Shown here piece by piece: positions 6,899 to 15,581 of a stretch of 32,000 nucleotides of DNA (the stretch's first letter is position 1; each line of letters starts with the position of its first letter). This DNA comes from Opitutales bacterium. Its GTDB lineage: Bacteria > Verrucomicrobiota > Verrucomicrobiia > Opitutales > UBA9783. The stretch lies in the NCBI GenBank assembly GCA_046881885.1, contig JBKSMP010000024.1, positions 90,001-122,000 of the forward strand. The letters are read 5' to 3'. Below the pieces are notes generated by a model, which saw only the letters and a list, made by a program, of their open reading frames with translations, did not search any database and was not told where the DNA came from. The translations under genes and the position numbers were made by a program.

Positions 6899-9550
6899 CT
6901 AAAAAACACACTTTTTAAGTAATTCTTCCAAACTTTGCTTTTTTTGCTGATTTTCTTGCAGTAATTTCCGCACACCATCAATAACGGGAGCCGGTGCACT
7001 TGCCATAAAACGCTCATTCTTTAACTTCTGTTCGGCAGAAGCAATATGCTGCTTAAGACGCTCCAATTCCGCAAGCCACTGTTGTTTTTCCTCTTGAGAA
7101 AGCTCTTTTTGCTCTAAAATAAGCGCAAACGTTCCCCAATGCGTAACCACTTTTGCGGCATGTTCCGGCTGTTCCTGAACCTTTTCTAGGTTTCGTAGCC
7201 CGACTAAGCGCATGATAAGCTCGTGATGGTGCTCAAAAGCCTCTTCATACGTCTTTTGCAAAAGGACACTCATTTCCACATTCTTGTTGGCACTTAAGCC
7301 GTTTTCAGCCTTCAATCCGCGCAATTCTCCTACCAAAGTCCGCAAACGTTCAACTTCCTCAAGCGCTACTTCGGAATAACGAGCAATCAAGTCATGCACT
7401 CTTGATTTAAAGGCTTCCACATCCCAACCAGCTTGCTGAATCCAACCTTCACCTAATTGTAACTGCCCCCATAATTCTTCAGTAATATAAGGAGCATACG
7501 GCGATAACATAACCAAGATTTGCCGCAAAAACAAGTCCTGTATTGTTAAACACTGCGACTCTTGATGCTTTTGCACTTCCAAATACCAATCACAAAATAC
7601 ACTTTTAAAGCATTGCTGAAGGAGTTTAATGGCCGCATTAAATTCGTATTTCTCCAAAAAGTTTTGGAAACTCTCCATCGTTTCGCACAAATGCTTCAAC
7701 AAATGGCAATCATATAACGACAACGATTTTCCTTCCAAAGCCTTCCAATAATCCTCTAAAGACGCGTAAACTATCGTCTCGCCTTGCATCTTCCGAAAAC
7801 GACACGCATTCCACAATTTCGTGCAAAAATTCCGTCCTTGCGTTAAAAACCGTTCGTCAAAACGGATATCTTGCCCTTGAGGCGCGATCGAAAGAAGACC
7901 CAAACGGACACCATCTGCCCCATAATCTTTAATTAAATCGAGCGGATCGGGCGAATTACCTAAACTTTTCGACATTTTACGTCCCTGAGCATCACGCACA
8001 ATTCCGGTCAGATAAACATTTTTAAACGGTACACGTTCCTCCAGAGGCCGATCTTCCAGAAACTCCAAGGACGCAATAATCATGCGTGTAATCCAGAAAA
8101 ACAGAATATCTGGACCCGAAACAAGTGTATTACTCGGGAAAAAGCGATTAAAAAATGCTTTATTTTCGGCATTCTCATCACGCCCATTCAAGGTACCAAT
8201 AGGCCACAACCATGACGAAAACCAGGTATCCAAAACGTCCGAATCTTGTTCCCAATTTTCAGGATCTTGAGGGCCATCCACAGAAACATGAATCGAACCA
8301 TTCGTCTTATGATACCAAACCGGAATACGATGTCCCCACCATAACTGCCGACTGATACACCAATCCTGAATGTTGTCGAGCCAATGCAAATAGGTTTTAA
8401 TCCAACGCTGCGGCCAGAACTTAACCAAAGCTTGCTCGGCAACTTTTTTCGCCTCCTCTACTTTAGGATAACGCACAAACCATTGCTCGGACAAACGTGG
8501 CTCAATCGGTACATCGGCGCGCTCTGAGTAACCAACGGCATGATCGTAAGGTTTTACAGAAACGAGTAAATTCTTCTCTTTTAAAGCTTCTATAACGGCT
8601 TCACGGGCTTTAAAGCGATCGAGACCTGCAAACGGCGCCCCTAAGTCATTCACAAATCCGCGTGCATCCAGCACCTCAATAAAAGGTAATTGGTGGCGTT
8701 GGCCAACGGCAAAATCGATAGGATCATGCGCTGGAGTAATTTTCAAGGCACCTGTTCCAAAATCCTGCTCAACAACACTATCGCCAATAATCGGAATCTG
8801 TCGATCCGCAAACGGACACTGAGCATGCAAACCGATTAAATCTTTGTAACGTGGATCTTCTGGATGAACCGCAAGCGCAACATCTCCCATAATAGTTTCC
8901 GGACGAGTGGTTGCTATTTCCAAAAACTGGCCTGGCTTTTCAACAATTGGATAACGAAAAGTGTATAAAAAAGCCGGTGTTTGCTTCATAATAACTTCTT
9001 CGTCACTGAGAGCCGTTTGCGAAACCGGACACCAATTTACCAAACGTTTACCTTTATAAATATAGCCGCGCTCATATAGATCAACAAAAGCTTGCAAAAC
9101 ACCACGTGAATACTCTGGATCCAGCGTATACGTAGCATGCGACCAATCACAAGAAACACCTAAACGCTTCAATTGATCAAAAATAATCGTACCATGCTCC
9201 TCCCGCCAAGCTTGTACGCGCTGAATAAACGCTTCACGGCCCATTTCTTGGCGTCTGAGCCCTTCTTTCTTCAAAACCTTCTCAACCTTACTTTGGGTTG
9301 CAATACCTGCATGATCCGTTCCGGGAACCCAAAGCACATCCTTACCCTGAATCCGTGCCCAACGACACAAAACATCTTGTATGGAATTATTCAGCGTATG
9401 GCCCATGTGGAGAATACCTGTAACATTCGGCGGCGGCATAAAGACCGTAAACGTTTGCCGACCATCATCTTTAACCTCAAAACAACGTGCTTCTTGCCAA
9501 CAAGCATTCCACTTTTTCTCAATCTCTTCCGGACGATACGTCTTTTCCAT
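6899..9550 (-). CDS. valS: valine--tRNA ligase
   Basis: Class I HIGH motif (PPPNVTGILHMGHTLN), KMSKS (GRKMSKSLGNSPDP), CP1 editing region (TTRPETIMGDVALAVHP) and a C-terminal coiled coil. The track ORF begins at a TTG at 9574. The ATG at 9550 (MEKTYRPEEIEKKW) is the more typical ValRS N-terminus, and 9559 is another option. Confidence 0.95.
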   Translation of the reverse strand: MEKTYRPEEIEKKWNACWQEARCFEVKDDGRQTFTVFMPPPNVTGILHMGHTLNNSIQDVLCRWARIQGKDVLWVPGTDHAGIATQSKVEKVLKKEGLRRQEMGREAFIQRVQAWREEHGTIIFDQLKRLGVSCDWSHATYTLDPEYSRGVLQAFVDLYERGYIYKGKRLVNWCPVSQTALSDEEVIMKQTPAFLYTFRYPIVEKPGQFLEIATTRPETIMGDVALAVHPEDPRYKDLIGLHAQCPFADRQIPIIGDSVVEQDFGTGALKITPAHDPIDFAVGQRHQLPFIEVLDARGFVNDLGAPFAGLDRFKAREAVIEALKEKNLLVSVKPYDHAVGYSERADVPIEPRLSEQWFVRYPKVEEAKKVAEQALVKFWPQRWIKTYLHWLDNIQDWCISRQLWWGHRIPVWYHKTNGSIHVSVDGPQDPENWEQDSDVLDTWFSSWLWPIGTLNGRDENAENKAFFNRFFPSNTLVSGPDILFFWITRMIIASLEFLEDRPLEERVPFKNVYLTGIVRDAQGRKMSKSLGNSPDPLDLIKDYGADGVRLGLLSIAPQGQDIRFDERFLTQGRNFCTKLWNACRFRKMQGETIVYASLEDYWKALEGKSLSLYDCHLLKHLCETMESFQNFLEKYEFNAAIKLLQQCFKSVFCDWYLEVQKHQESQCLTIQDLFLRQILVMLSPYAPYITEELWGQLQLGEGWIQQAGWDVEAFKSRVHDLIARYSEVALEEVERLRTLVGELRGLKAENGLSANKNVEMSVLLQKTYEEAFEHHHELIMRLVGLRNLEKVQEQPEHAAKVVTHWGTFALILEQKELSQEEKQQWLAELERLKQHIASAEQKLKNERFMASAPAPVIDGVRKLLQENQQKKQSLEELLKKCVF

Positions 9551-9662
9551 CAACACCATACCCTTATTATTCAAAACACACCGCCCCTATTCCGTCCAGT
9601 TTTTTTTATAAATTTTGAAAACAAGAAAAAGAATTTCTATCCCTAATCCCACTCCAAACAAC

Positions 9663-9691
9663 TTGACTTACACTTACAAAAAGAATAGAAT
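9663..9691 (+). promoter_or_regulatory. sigma-70-type promoter TTGACT-17nt-TAGAAT, implies a leaderless transcript for the downstream gene
   Basis: -35 TTGACT at 9663-9668, exactly 17-nt spacer, -10 TAGAAT at 9686-9691. The ATG at 9698 lies 6 nt after the -10 hexamer, where transcription would be expected to initiate. No Shine-Dalgarno sequence fits in between. Confidence 0.45.
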
Positions 9692-9697
9692 TTGCCA

Positions 9698-11509
9698 ATG
9701 GATTTATCTTTGGCACATTTGAAAAAAGTTTTGAAATTCGGTTTGTTTACGCTATTTTTTAGTATAAATCTTTCAGTAAAAGCCTACGTTCCCGCACAAC
9801 TTGAAGGGAAATATGCAATAAAAGAGAATGATACACTATGGGGTACAGATTGGTTTTCTAGCTTCCCAAATAGAAATTTAACCTGCACCCCTAGTGCTAT
9901 GGTAGACGAAGCAGGAGTTTTATGGACTGCATCTTTTGAATATATGCAAGATCATAAAGGACTTGGTTACGAACTTGACTGCCATGAAAGGGTAAATGGA
10001 ACAATCACTTCACAAGAACATCGTTTCTATCCATGGACACTCATTCCAAACGTCACACCAAATTGCGGAAGTGATCCCAACCTTAATACCGGAATCCCAG
10101 AGGATTCAAACTTTTTCCAGAAATACATACACAATATCCTACAACCTTGCATCGCACAAGATATTGAAAATGCTTCTCATGTTTGCATGTTCATTTACTG
10201 TCCACCGACACGTTATATGAATGCTACATGCAACAATCCCAATGCTGAGGGGGGAAGTGTTGAAGGCTTAATGTATTTTGATTTTTATAAAGATTTCATC
10301 AAAGGTACTTATGCAACAAATCTCACTCACGAAACAAATTTTTACTACCATACCGACAATCGCATTTATGCTTTTAATCAGCAAAACTTACGAAAAAGCT
10401 CTGATATGACTCACGTAAATCTAGAAACTGGGAATTACACTGCTTGGCATTATCGTGGATTGGTCCATTTAAATTTTATTGCCACCAATGAAAGTGATGG
10501 CACCTGTCATGCTGTGTATCATCAATATAACAGTCGGTGGTCAGATAGAAACTCCATCACAACAAGAACGACACATGCAACTCATACTACAATAAAAACT
10601 TATCCTCGTTATATAAAATTTGGTGATCATGTGTATGGAATGATTGCCGATTCATGCTTTAATGGCATTTATATCACAAAACAAGGAATAGAAGATTCCG
10701 ACTATACAACCATACAAAACTGGGCCTATCCATTTAACAATATAACACATTATAGTATTTGGGCAGTAGCACACAACTACGACTTTTGTATCGCAAAAGC
10801 AAAAGATGGAACAGGTGTTGTTTGCGTATTAGGATTACGTCCTACTTGCGCTTCATCTGCAGATAAAACTGAATTATCCGCCGCTTATAATAAAGCATGG
10901 AATAATACTTATACAAATTGGAACTCCAGTAATATTTCTGACCCCATTTGCCTTATGCTATCTTCTTGTAGAATGGATAAAACACCAAGTGATAAAACCG
11001 GAACATTTTCCGTAAACAAATACCCCGAACTATGCTATGAATCACCGCAAAACATTATTTATTGCACTGGAAAAACTTCTTTTTCTCAAGCTTGCGATCT
11101 TTATTGTTCTTGTCGTACAGATGATTATGAGTATCACGATACACAGCTTTACAAAAATACACATAAATGCTGTGTTTATACAGCTCCAAGCGGCAATCAA
11201 TACATCATCTATGCTTATTGCTATCCCGGAAAAACAAAAAAATGCTATTTAGGTTATGCACAGTGTATCGTGGATTCCAATTATAAAGTACAACTTCTTA
11301 CAAAAACAGAATTTTCAAAAGAAATTTACAACGAAAAAGGAGAGAGGACAGACATAGAAAGTATAGGAGAGATGAATACTTGCGAATATATCGTTTCACT
11401 CGACTGTAAAGGCCCTGCAGGCAACGAAAATGTATGGCTAACTTGGCGTTATGGGGATTCCCATTACTATCTTTTCCATATCGCCGCCAAAGACCTTGTT
11501 GGAGAATAG
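9698..11509 (+). CDS. hypothetical secreted cysteine-rich protein (orphan)
   Basis: Long uninterrupted ORF. The track start 9692 is TTG; the ATG at 9698 gives 603 aa. Signal-like N-terminus MDLSLAHLKKVLKFGLFTLFFSINLSVKA. I count 26 Cys across the length, including CSC and CC doublets near the C-terminus. Rich in Tyr/Asn/Thr/His. No other hydrophobic segment and no recognised family. Confidence 0.65.
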   Translation: MDLSLAHLKKVLKFGLFTLFFSINLSVKAYVPAQLEGKYAIKENDTLWGTDWFSSFPNRNLTCTPSAMVDEAGVLWTASFEYMQDHKGLGYELDCHERVNGTITSQEHRFYPWTLIPNVTPNCGSDPNLNTGIPEDSNFFQKYIHNILQPCIAQDIENASHVCMFIYCPPTRYMNATCNNPNAEGGSVEGLMYFDFYKDFIKGTYATNLTHETNFYYHTDNRIYAFNQQNLRKSSDMTHVNLETGNYTAWHYRGLVHLNFIATNESDGTCHAVYHQYNSRWSDRNSITTRTTHATHTTIKTYPRYIKFGDHVYGMIADSCFNGIYITKQGIEDSDYTTIQNWAYPFNNITHYSIWAVAHNYDFCIAKAKDGTGVVCVLGLRPTCASSADKTELSAAYNKAWNNTYTNWNSSNISDPICLMLSSCRMDKTPSDKTGTFSVNKYPELCYESPQNIIYCTGKTSFSQACDLYCSCRTDDYEYHDTQLYKNTHKCCVYTAPSGNQYIIYAYCYPGKTKKCYLGYAQCIVDSNYKVQLLTKTEFSKEIYNEKGERTDIESIGEMNTCEYIVSLDCKGPAGNENVWLTWRYGDSHYYLFHIAAKDLVGE

Positions 11510-11605
11510 CCATAAACAGCTTTAGCAAAACAAACCACAAATAATTAAAGTTTGCGCTTGCAAAGAAGGCCTGATGTCTTTTTTATAGCATTATATTTAT
11601 TAAAC

Positions 11606-11791
11606 ATGAGCGAAAACAAAGAGAAGATTTCGGTTTTAAATTTAACATGGCGTGATACGGATCAATTGAAGAATTTTACCACAGAAACAGGTAAAATCCT
11701 ACCACGTAAAATTACTCGTTTGTCCGCAAAAGAACAACGCCATATAACGCAAGTCATAAAGCAATCACGCAATTTCTTATTGATGCCGTAA
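11606..11791 (+). CDS. rpsR: 30S ribosomal protein S18
   Basis: The track ORF starts at a non-ATG codon at 11552. The ATG at 11606 gives 61 aa: MSENKEKISVLNLTWRDTDQLKNFTTETGKILPRKITRLSAKEQRHITQVIKQSRNFLLMP. This matches the S18 pattern (D..LL..F....GKILPRR.TG.SAK.QR.L..AIK.AR..ALLP). Confidence 0.9.
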   Translation: MSENKEKISVLNLTWRDTDQLKNFTTETGKILPRKITRLSAKEQRHITQVIKQSRNFLLMP

Positions 11792-11801
11792 ACGCTTTTG
11801 T

Positions 11802-12788
11802 ATGAAAGCAATTGTTGGGCATTCAGCACAGGAAGCTGTTCGTTGGCTGCAATTGGGAGAACCTGTAGCCTTGCCCACTGAAACGGTTTATGGTTTAGCG
11901 GCTCCATTGTTCGAAGTAGCCACCATACAAAAGATTTACAAATTAAAACGGCGGCCAACCGAAAATCCGCTTATTGTACACATTTTGAATACACAACAGC
12001 TAGAAGAAATTGCGTTTGTGCCTTCTAGCGCGCTTGCTTTAGCAGAAAATTATTGGCCTGGACCTTTAACATTAGTCTTAAAGAAAAAAGATTGTGTGCC
12101 GTCCATAGTTACAGGCGGCCTTTCTTCAGTAGCTGTTCGAGCCCCACAAGCTCCCCTTTTTAGGGAAGTCATTTCTTTACTACAAGAACCGCTTGTCGCT
12201 CCCAGCGCCAACACCTTTCAACATCTCAGTCCAACAACAGCACAACACGTTTTACAAGATTTAGGCAATGAACTTTCCTACATCCTTGACGGAGGCCCTT
12301 GTAACTTTGGCGTCGAATCAACCATACTATCGCTTCTTGATGAAGAAAAACCAACTTTGTTGCGCCACGGCCCTATTTCCAAAGAAACACTAGAAGCTTT
12401 TCTAAAAAAACCCATTGTCGATGGCATTTCTACGAAAATCCATCTATCCCCTGGCCTATATAAAAAACATTATAGTCCACAAAAGCCGCTTTATTGGGTC
12501 CAACAACTCGAAGGCTTCACACCATCAGAAGCTTACAAAAAATGTTTTCATGAAAATGCTGCCCATGTTTTTTTGTATCCACCCAAGCATACGTTAGCGC
12601 CTCATGAATACGTTCTAAGCCCTAATCAAACCCTAGAAGAAGTCGCTACGCACCTTTTCGAATGCCTGCAAAAACTAGATCAAGAACATTGGACATCTAT
12701 CTGGATCGAAAAAGCTCCTAATTATGGCATCGGAAAAGCTATTAACGATCGTCTATCGCGAGCAGCCCATATCGATTTAACAGCTTAA
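11802..12788 (+). CDS. tsaC: L-threonylcarbamoyladenylate synthase (YrdC domain plus Sua5 C-terminal domain)
   Basis: 328 aa. YrdC-fold motifs ALPTETVYGLAA, KRRPTENPLIVHI, GGLSSVAVRAP, APSANTFQHLSPTTAQHV, GVESTI. The about 120-aa C-terminal extension is typical of the long Sua5 form. Confidence 0.88.
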   Translation: MKAIVGHSAQEAVRWLQLGEPVALPTETVYGLAAPLFEVATIQKIYKLKRRPTENPLIVHILNTQQLEEIAFVPSSALALAENYWPGPLTLVLKKKDCVPSIVTGGLSSVAVRAPQAPLFREVISLLQEPLVAPSANTFQHLSPTTAQHVLQDLGNELSYILDGGPCNFGVESTILSLLDEEKPTLLRHGPISKETLEAFLKKPIVDGISTKIHLSPGLYKKHYSPQKPLYWVQQLEGFTPSEAYKKCFHENAAHVFLYPPKHTLAPHEYVLSPNQTLEEVATHLFECLQKLDQEHWTSIWIEKAPNYGIGKAINDRLSRAAHIDLTA

Positions 12789-12795
12789 AAAAACC

Positions 12796-13182
12796 TCAAA
12801 GACAATAACGAATCTCCTTAATAACAGGAGTCGGCAAAATTTGATTAAGGGTGTTTTGAATAAGTTCCCGCTCAAACTGTAATTTCTGCTGAACAATCGC
12901 ATTAGGCACTTTTAGCCACAAACACCCTCTTTGCGTTAAACGTTCCGGATTACACTGAGCTGCAGTTGTCCCTGCAAACCAACTCGACCAATGCTCGTCT
13001 AAAAACTGCAAATAATCCACACGCTTTTGATCACGCAACAACCGATTAAGCGCATTCCCCAAAACATTATCTAAAGCAACAGGGGCCTCATTAGGCCTAT
13101 CAATGGCATCCTTAGGAAGCCCCCTAAAGGTAGCAATAAGGCGAATATCGCTTGGGCGAAAAGTAAATTCTTTACGCGACAC
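12796..13182 (-). CDS. DUF721 / DciA-like protein
   Basis: 128 aa with a GTG start. The pattern ...LDNVLGNALNRL...EHWSSWFAGTTAAQCNPERLTQRGCLWLKVPNAIVQQKLQFERELIQNTLNQILP..VIKEIRY matches my recollection of the DUF721 consensus (W..ivG..la.ht.p..l..g.L.v.v.ssaw.qeL.f....il..ln...g...v..irf). Its first 11 nt overlap the upstream gene. Confidence 0.5.
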   Translation of the reverse strand: MSRKEFTFRPSDIRLIATFRGLPKDAIDRPNEAPVALDNVLGNALNRLLRDQKRVDYLQFLDEHWSSWFAGTTAAQCNPERLTQRGCLWLKVPNAIVQQKLQFERELIQNTLNQILPTPVIKEIRYCL

Positions 13183-14509
13183 GTTCTACGATAAAATCTA
13201 AGTAATTAGGCCGTTTAGGAGCTAATCGATAGGCTGAACGCAAGTATTCCAATGCCGTATCCAACCGAGAATGATCATTGTAATGAATCATCATCAACGC
13301 ATCACCTTGTTTGACTTGCGAACCTACTTTTTTGAGCTGCGTAATTCCAACCGAGGTATCGATTTCATCTGAATCTTTCGGCTGCATTAAAATATCCACA
13401 CCTTTAGCCAACATACCTGAATTAATCGCATGAATATAACCACGTTTAGGCGCAGCCAACTTGCGAACGTATTTTGCTTTTGGAAACTTTTCCGGATTGT
13501 CGATATAAGAAGTATCGCCACCTTGAGCCTTAACCATTTCTTTGAATTTAGCGAGAGCAGATCCATCACTTAAATGACGTAAAATCGTTTGCTTTGCAGA
13601 TAAAGTTGATCCGGAAACACCCGCCAAACGAACCATTTCCATACCTAACTTCAAAATAAGTTCTTTCAAGTCTTCTGGTCCACGTCCTTGTAATAACTCT
13701 ATAGCTTCTTGAATTTCCAAACCAGTACCAATAGAACCTCCTAAAGGCTGATTCATGTCGGTCACCAAAGCCACACAACGACGTTGCAAGGAACGAGCAA
13801 CACGAGTAATAACACGGGCCAATTGCTTAGCCTGCTCGAGATCCTTCAAGAAAGAACCATTTCCCCATTTTACATCAACAACCAAATTTTCGGAACCAAC
13901 CGCCAACCGCTTACTTAAAATACTGCTGGTAATAAGCGGAATACTTGCTACGGTAGACGTTTCTTGACGCATTTCATTCAAGGTTTGATCAACAGGAGCA
14001 ATTTGTTTAGGTTGTGAACAGAAGCAACAACCAATTTTTTCTAGCTGTTGGGCACAAGCTTTAACGGATAATTCAGTCTTAAACCCTGGGATTGCTTGCA
14101 ATTTCCTCAAGTTGCCAAATATAAAATTCTCATCTTCACCAATCACCGAAGGCACAATAACCCCACAAGCGGCCACAAGGGGTGTTAGAACTAAGTTACT
14201 TTTGTCACCTACTCCCCCCGTTGCATATAAAGAAATTTTTGGTTTTCCAAGGTCTGTTAAATCAACAACTTCACCTGAAAGCATCATTTCTTCGGTTAAA
14301 ACAGCTGTTTCTTGGGCCGACAAACCACGGAAAAAAATTGCCATAATAAGCGCGGCCAATTGATGGCTAGGAATTTTTTCAGACAAAATGGATTCAACAA
14401 CATAACGAACCTCATTATCTGAAAACTCTTCACATGCGCATTTCTTTTCAATTAAATACGCAAAAGAAGGTTGCATAATTTTACTTGTAGCTGCTTTTTT
14501 TTCGACCAT
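13172..14509 (-). CDS. thymidine/pyrimidine-nucleoside phosphorylase family protein (glycosyltransferase family 3), divergent active site
   Basis: 445 aa, collinear with E. coli DeoA as I recall it: QLAALIMAIFFRGLS, ATGGVGDK, PLVAACG, IPGF, STVASIPLITSSILSKRL, LVVDVKWGNGSFL, ALVTDMNQPLG, C-terminal VGSQVKQGDALMMIHY. The SGRGLGHTGGTLDKLE signature is replaced by VIGEDENFIFGNLRKLQ. Confidence 0.85.
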   Translation of the reverse strand: MVEKKAATSKIMQPSFAYLIEKKCACEEFSDNEVRYVVESILSEKIPSHQLAALIMAIFFRGLSAQETAVLTEEMMLSGEVVDLTDLGKPKISLYATGGVGDKSNLVLTPLVAACGVIVPSVIGEDENFIFGNLRKLQAIPGFKTELSVKACAQQLEKIGCCFCSQPKQIAPVDQTLNEMRQETSTVASIPLITSSILSKRLAVGSENLVVDVKWGNGSFLKDLEQAKQLARVITRVARSLQRRCVALVTDMNQPLGGSIGTGLEIQEAIELLQGRGPEDLKELILKLGMEMVRLAGVSGSTLSAKQTILRHLSDGSALAKFKEMVKAQGGDTSYIDNPEKFPKAKYVRKLAAPKRGYIHAINSGMLAKGVDILMQPKDSDEIDTSVGITQLKKVGSQVKQGDALMMIHYNDHSRLDTALEYLRSAYRLAPKRPNYLDFIVERVA

Positions 14510-14586
14510 GGACTTAAAAGGTTAATCTTAAAAAAATAAAACCTGCACAAAGTACTTTATTTATTTTTTTAATCAAGACTATAATT

Positions 14587-14608
14587 GACATTTTTTTACA
14601 AAAATGTC
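14587..14608 (-). terminator. AT-rich hairpin just downstream of uppP
   Basis: GACATTTTT-TTAC-AAAAATGTC forms a 9-bp stem with a 4-nt loop, 9 nt after the uppP stop. No clear trailing U-tract on the minus strand, so the call is weak. Confidence 0.25.
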
Positions 14609-14616
14609 CAGCTTTT

Positions 14617-15495
14617 TTAAAAAACAAACAATAGTATACCAATAAAAATGCGATAATAACCGAAAATACTTAGGCCATTTTTCTCTAAATATTTAAAAAA
14701 AGAATAAATCGTAGATGTCCCTATTAGAAAAGCTACCAATATACCTAAAAAGCAAGTACTGCCGTCCATAAGCATAAAAATTTCGCTGCCATTTTTTAAA
14801 AATTTATAGCCTGTTGCAACTAAAGAAGTTAATAAACCCAACAAAAAACTAAAGCGAATCGCTTGTATTAGGCCAAGGCCTACACAAACACCCCCCATTA
14901 TTGTTGCTAAAGAACGGCTAAAACCTGGCCACAAAGCAACCATTTGAAACAAACCGATCGTTAAAGCCATAGTCCATGACATTGCGTATAAATCTTTAAA
15001 CTGTTGATTATTGCGACGTCTGAAATACTCCATCACTAATAAAACAATTCCACCAACAATAAGCGCATTGGCCACACAAGTACGATTATAAAACCTCTGA
15101 ATGTAATCATCCAAGAAAAATCCTGCTAAACCAGCAGGTATAAAGGCCAATCCGACATTCCATCCCAGTTTAAAGCCAATTTTATCCTTACCCAACACCC
15201 CACGAATAATACGCAAAACATCTTTTCGAAAAAACAAAAGGAGCGTTAAAATCGTACCTAATTGGATACAAACCATGTAATTATTTAAGGCGCTTTGCCT
15301 CTGTTCCGAAGTCTCCGTGGACCTAAAACAGCGTTCATTCACCAAAATCATATGCCCTGTTGAAGATACCGGCAAAAACTCTGTCAAGCCTTGCACAACC
15401 CCTAAAGCCAATGCTTGCTGCGTGGAAATTTTTTCAGAATCTGCCTGAAGCTTCCAAGGCATAATCGTAAGAATCAAAGCAATCAATATGCGCAT
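14617..15495 (-). CDS. uppP: undecaprenyl-diphosphate phosphatase (BacA/UppP)
   Basis: Multi-pass membrane protein with the UppP motifs GLTEFLPVSSTGHM and PGFSRSLATI. The track start at 15504 is TTG; the first ATG is at 15495 (MRILIALILT...). Confidence 0.9.
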   Translation of the reverse strand: MRILIALILTIMPWKLQADSEKISTQQALALGVVQGLTEFLPVSSTGHMILVNERCFRSTETSEQRQSALNNYMVCIQLGTILTLLLFFRKDVLRIIRGVLGKDKIGFKLGWNVGLAFIPAGLAGFFLDDYIQRFYNRTCVANALIVGGIVLLVMEYFRRRNNQQFKDLYAMSWTMALTIGLFQMVALWPGFSRSLATIMGGVCVGLGLIQAIRFSFLLGLLTSLVATGYKFLKNGSEIFMLMDGSTCFLGILVAFLIGTSTIYSFFKYLEKNGLSIFGYYRIFIGILLFVF

Positions 15496-15581
15496 ATACA
15501 ACAAAACTAATTTTTATTTAAAAGCCTACAAGCTTAAAAACTTTCAAACTTGAACGACTCTTACAAAAACATTTACCTACC

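Noticed and set aside
9173-9646. 157-aa and 76-aa plus-strand ORFs, plus other short ORFs inside valS, dprA, proS, rho, the kinase and the NtrC-type gene
   Set aside because: All are antisense or out of frame within long genes that have unambiguous motifs. They are typical shadow ORFs.
10498-10513. Sigma-54-like -24/-12 match TGGCAC-CTGTC-ATGCT
   Set aside because: It lies in the middle of the 603-aa CDS on the coding strand, has an imperfect -12 element, and has no downstream gene to drive. It is probably chance.
9698-11509. About 12 N-x-S/T sequons in the Cys-rich protein, suggesting a glycoprotein
   Set aside because: Asn, Ser and Thr are all abundant in this AT-rich gene. My rough expectation by chance is about 8, so the count is not clearly enriched.
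11606-11791. rpsR standing alone, without the usual rpsF-ssb/priB-rpsR-rplI context
   Set aside because: The observation is real, but ribosomal operon fragmentation is common in reduced or rearranged genomes. It is not informative on its own.
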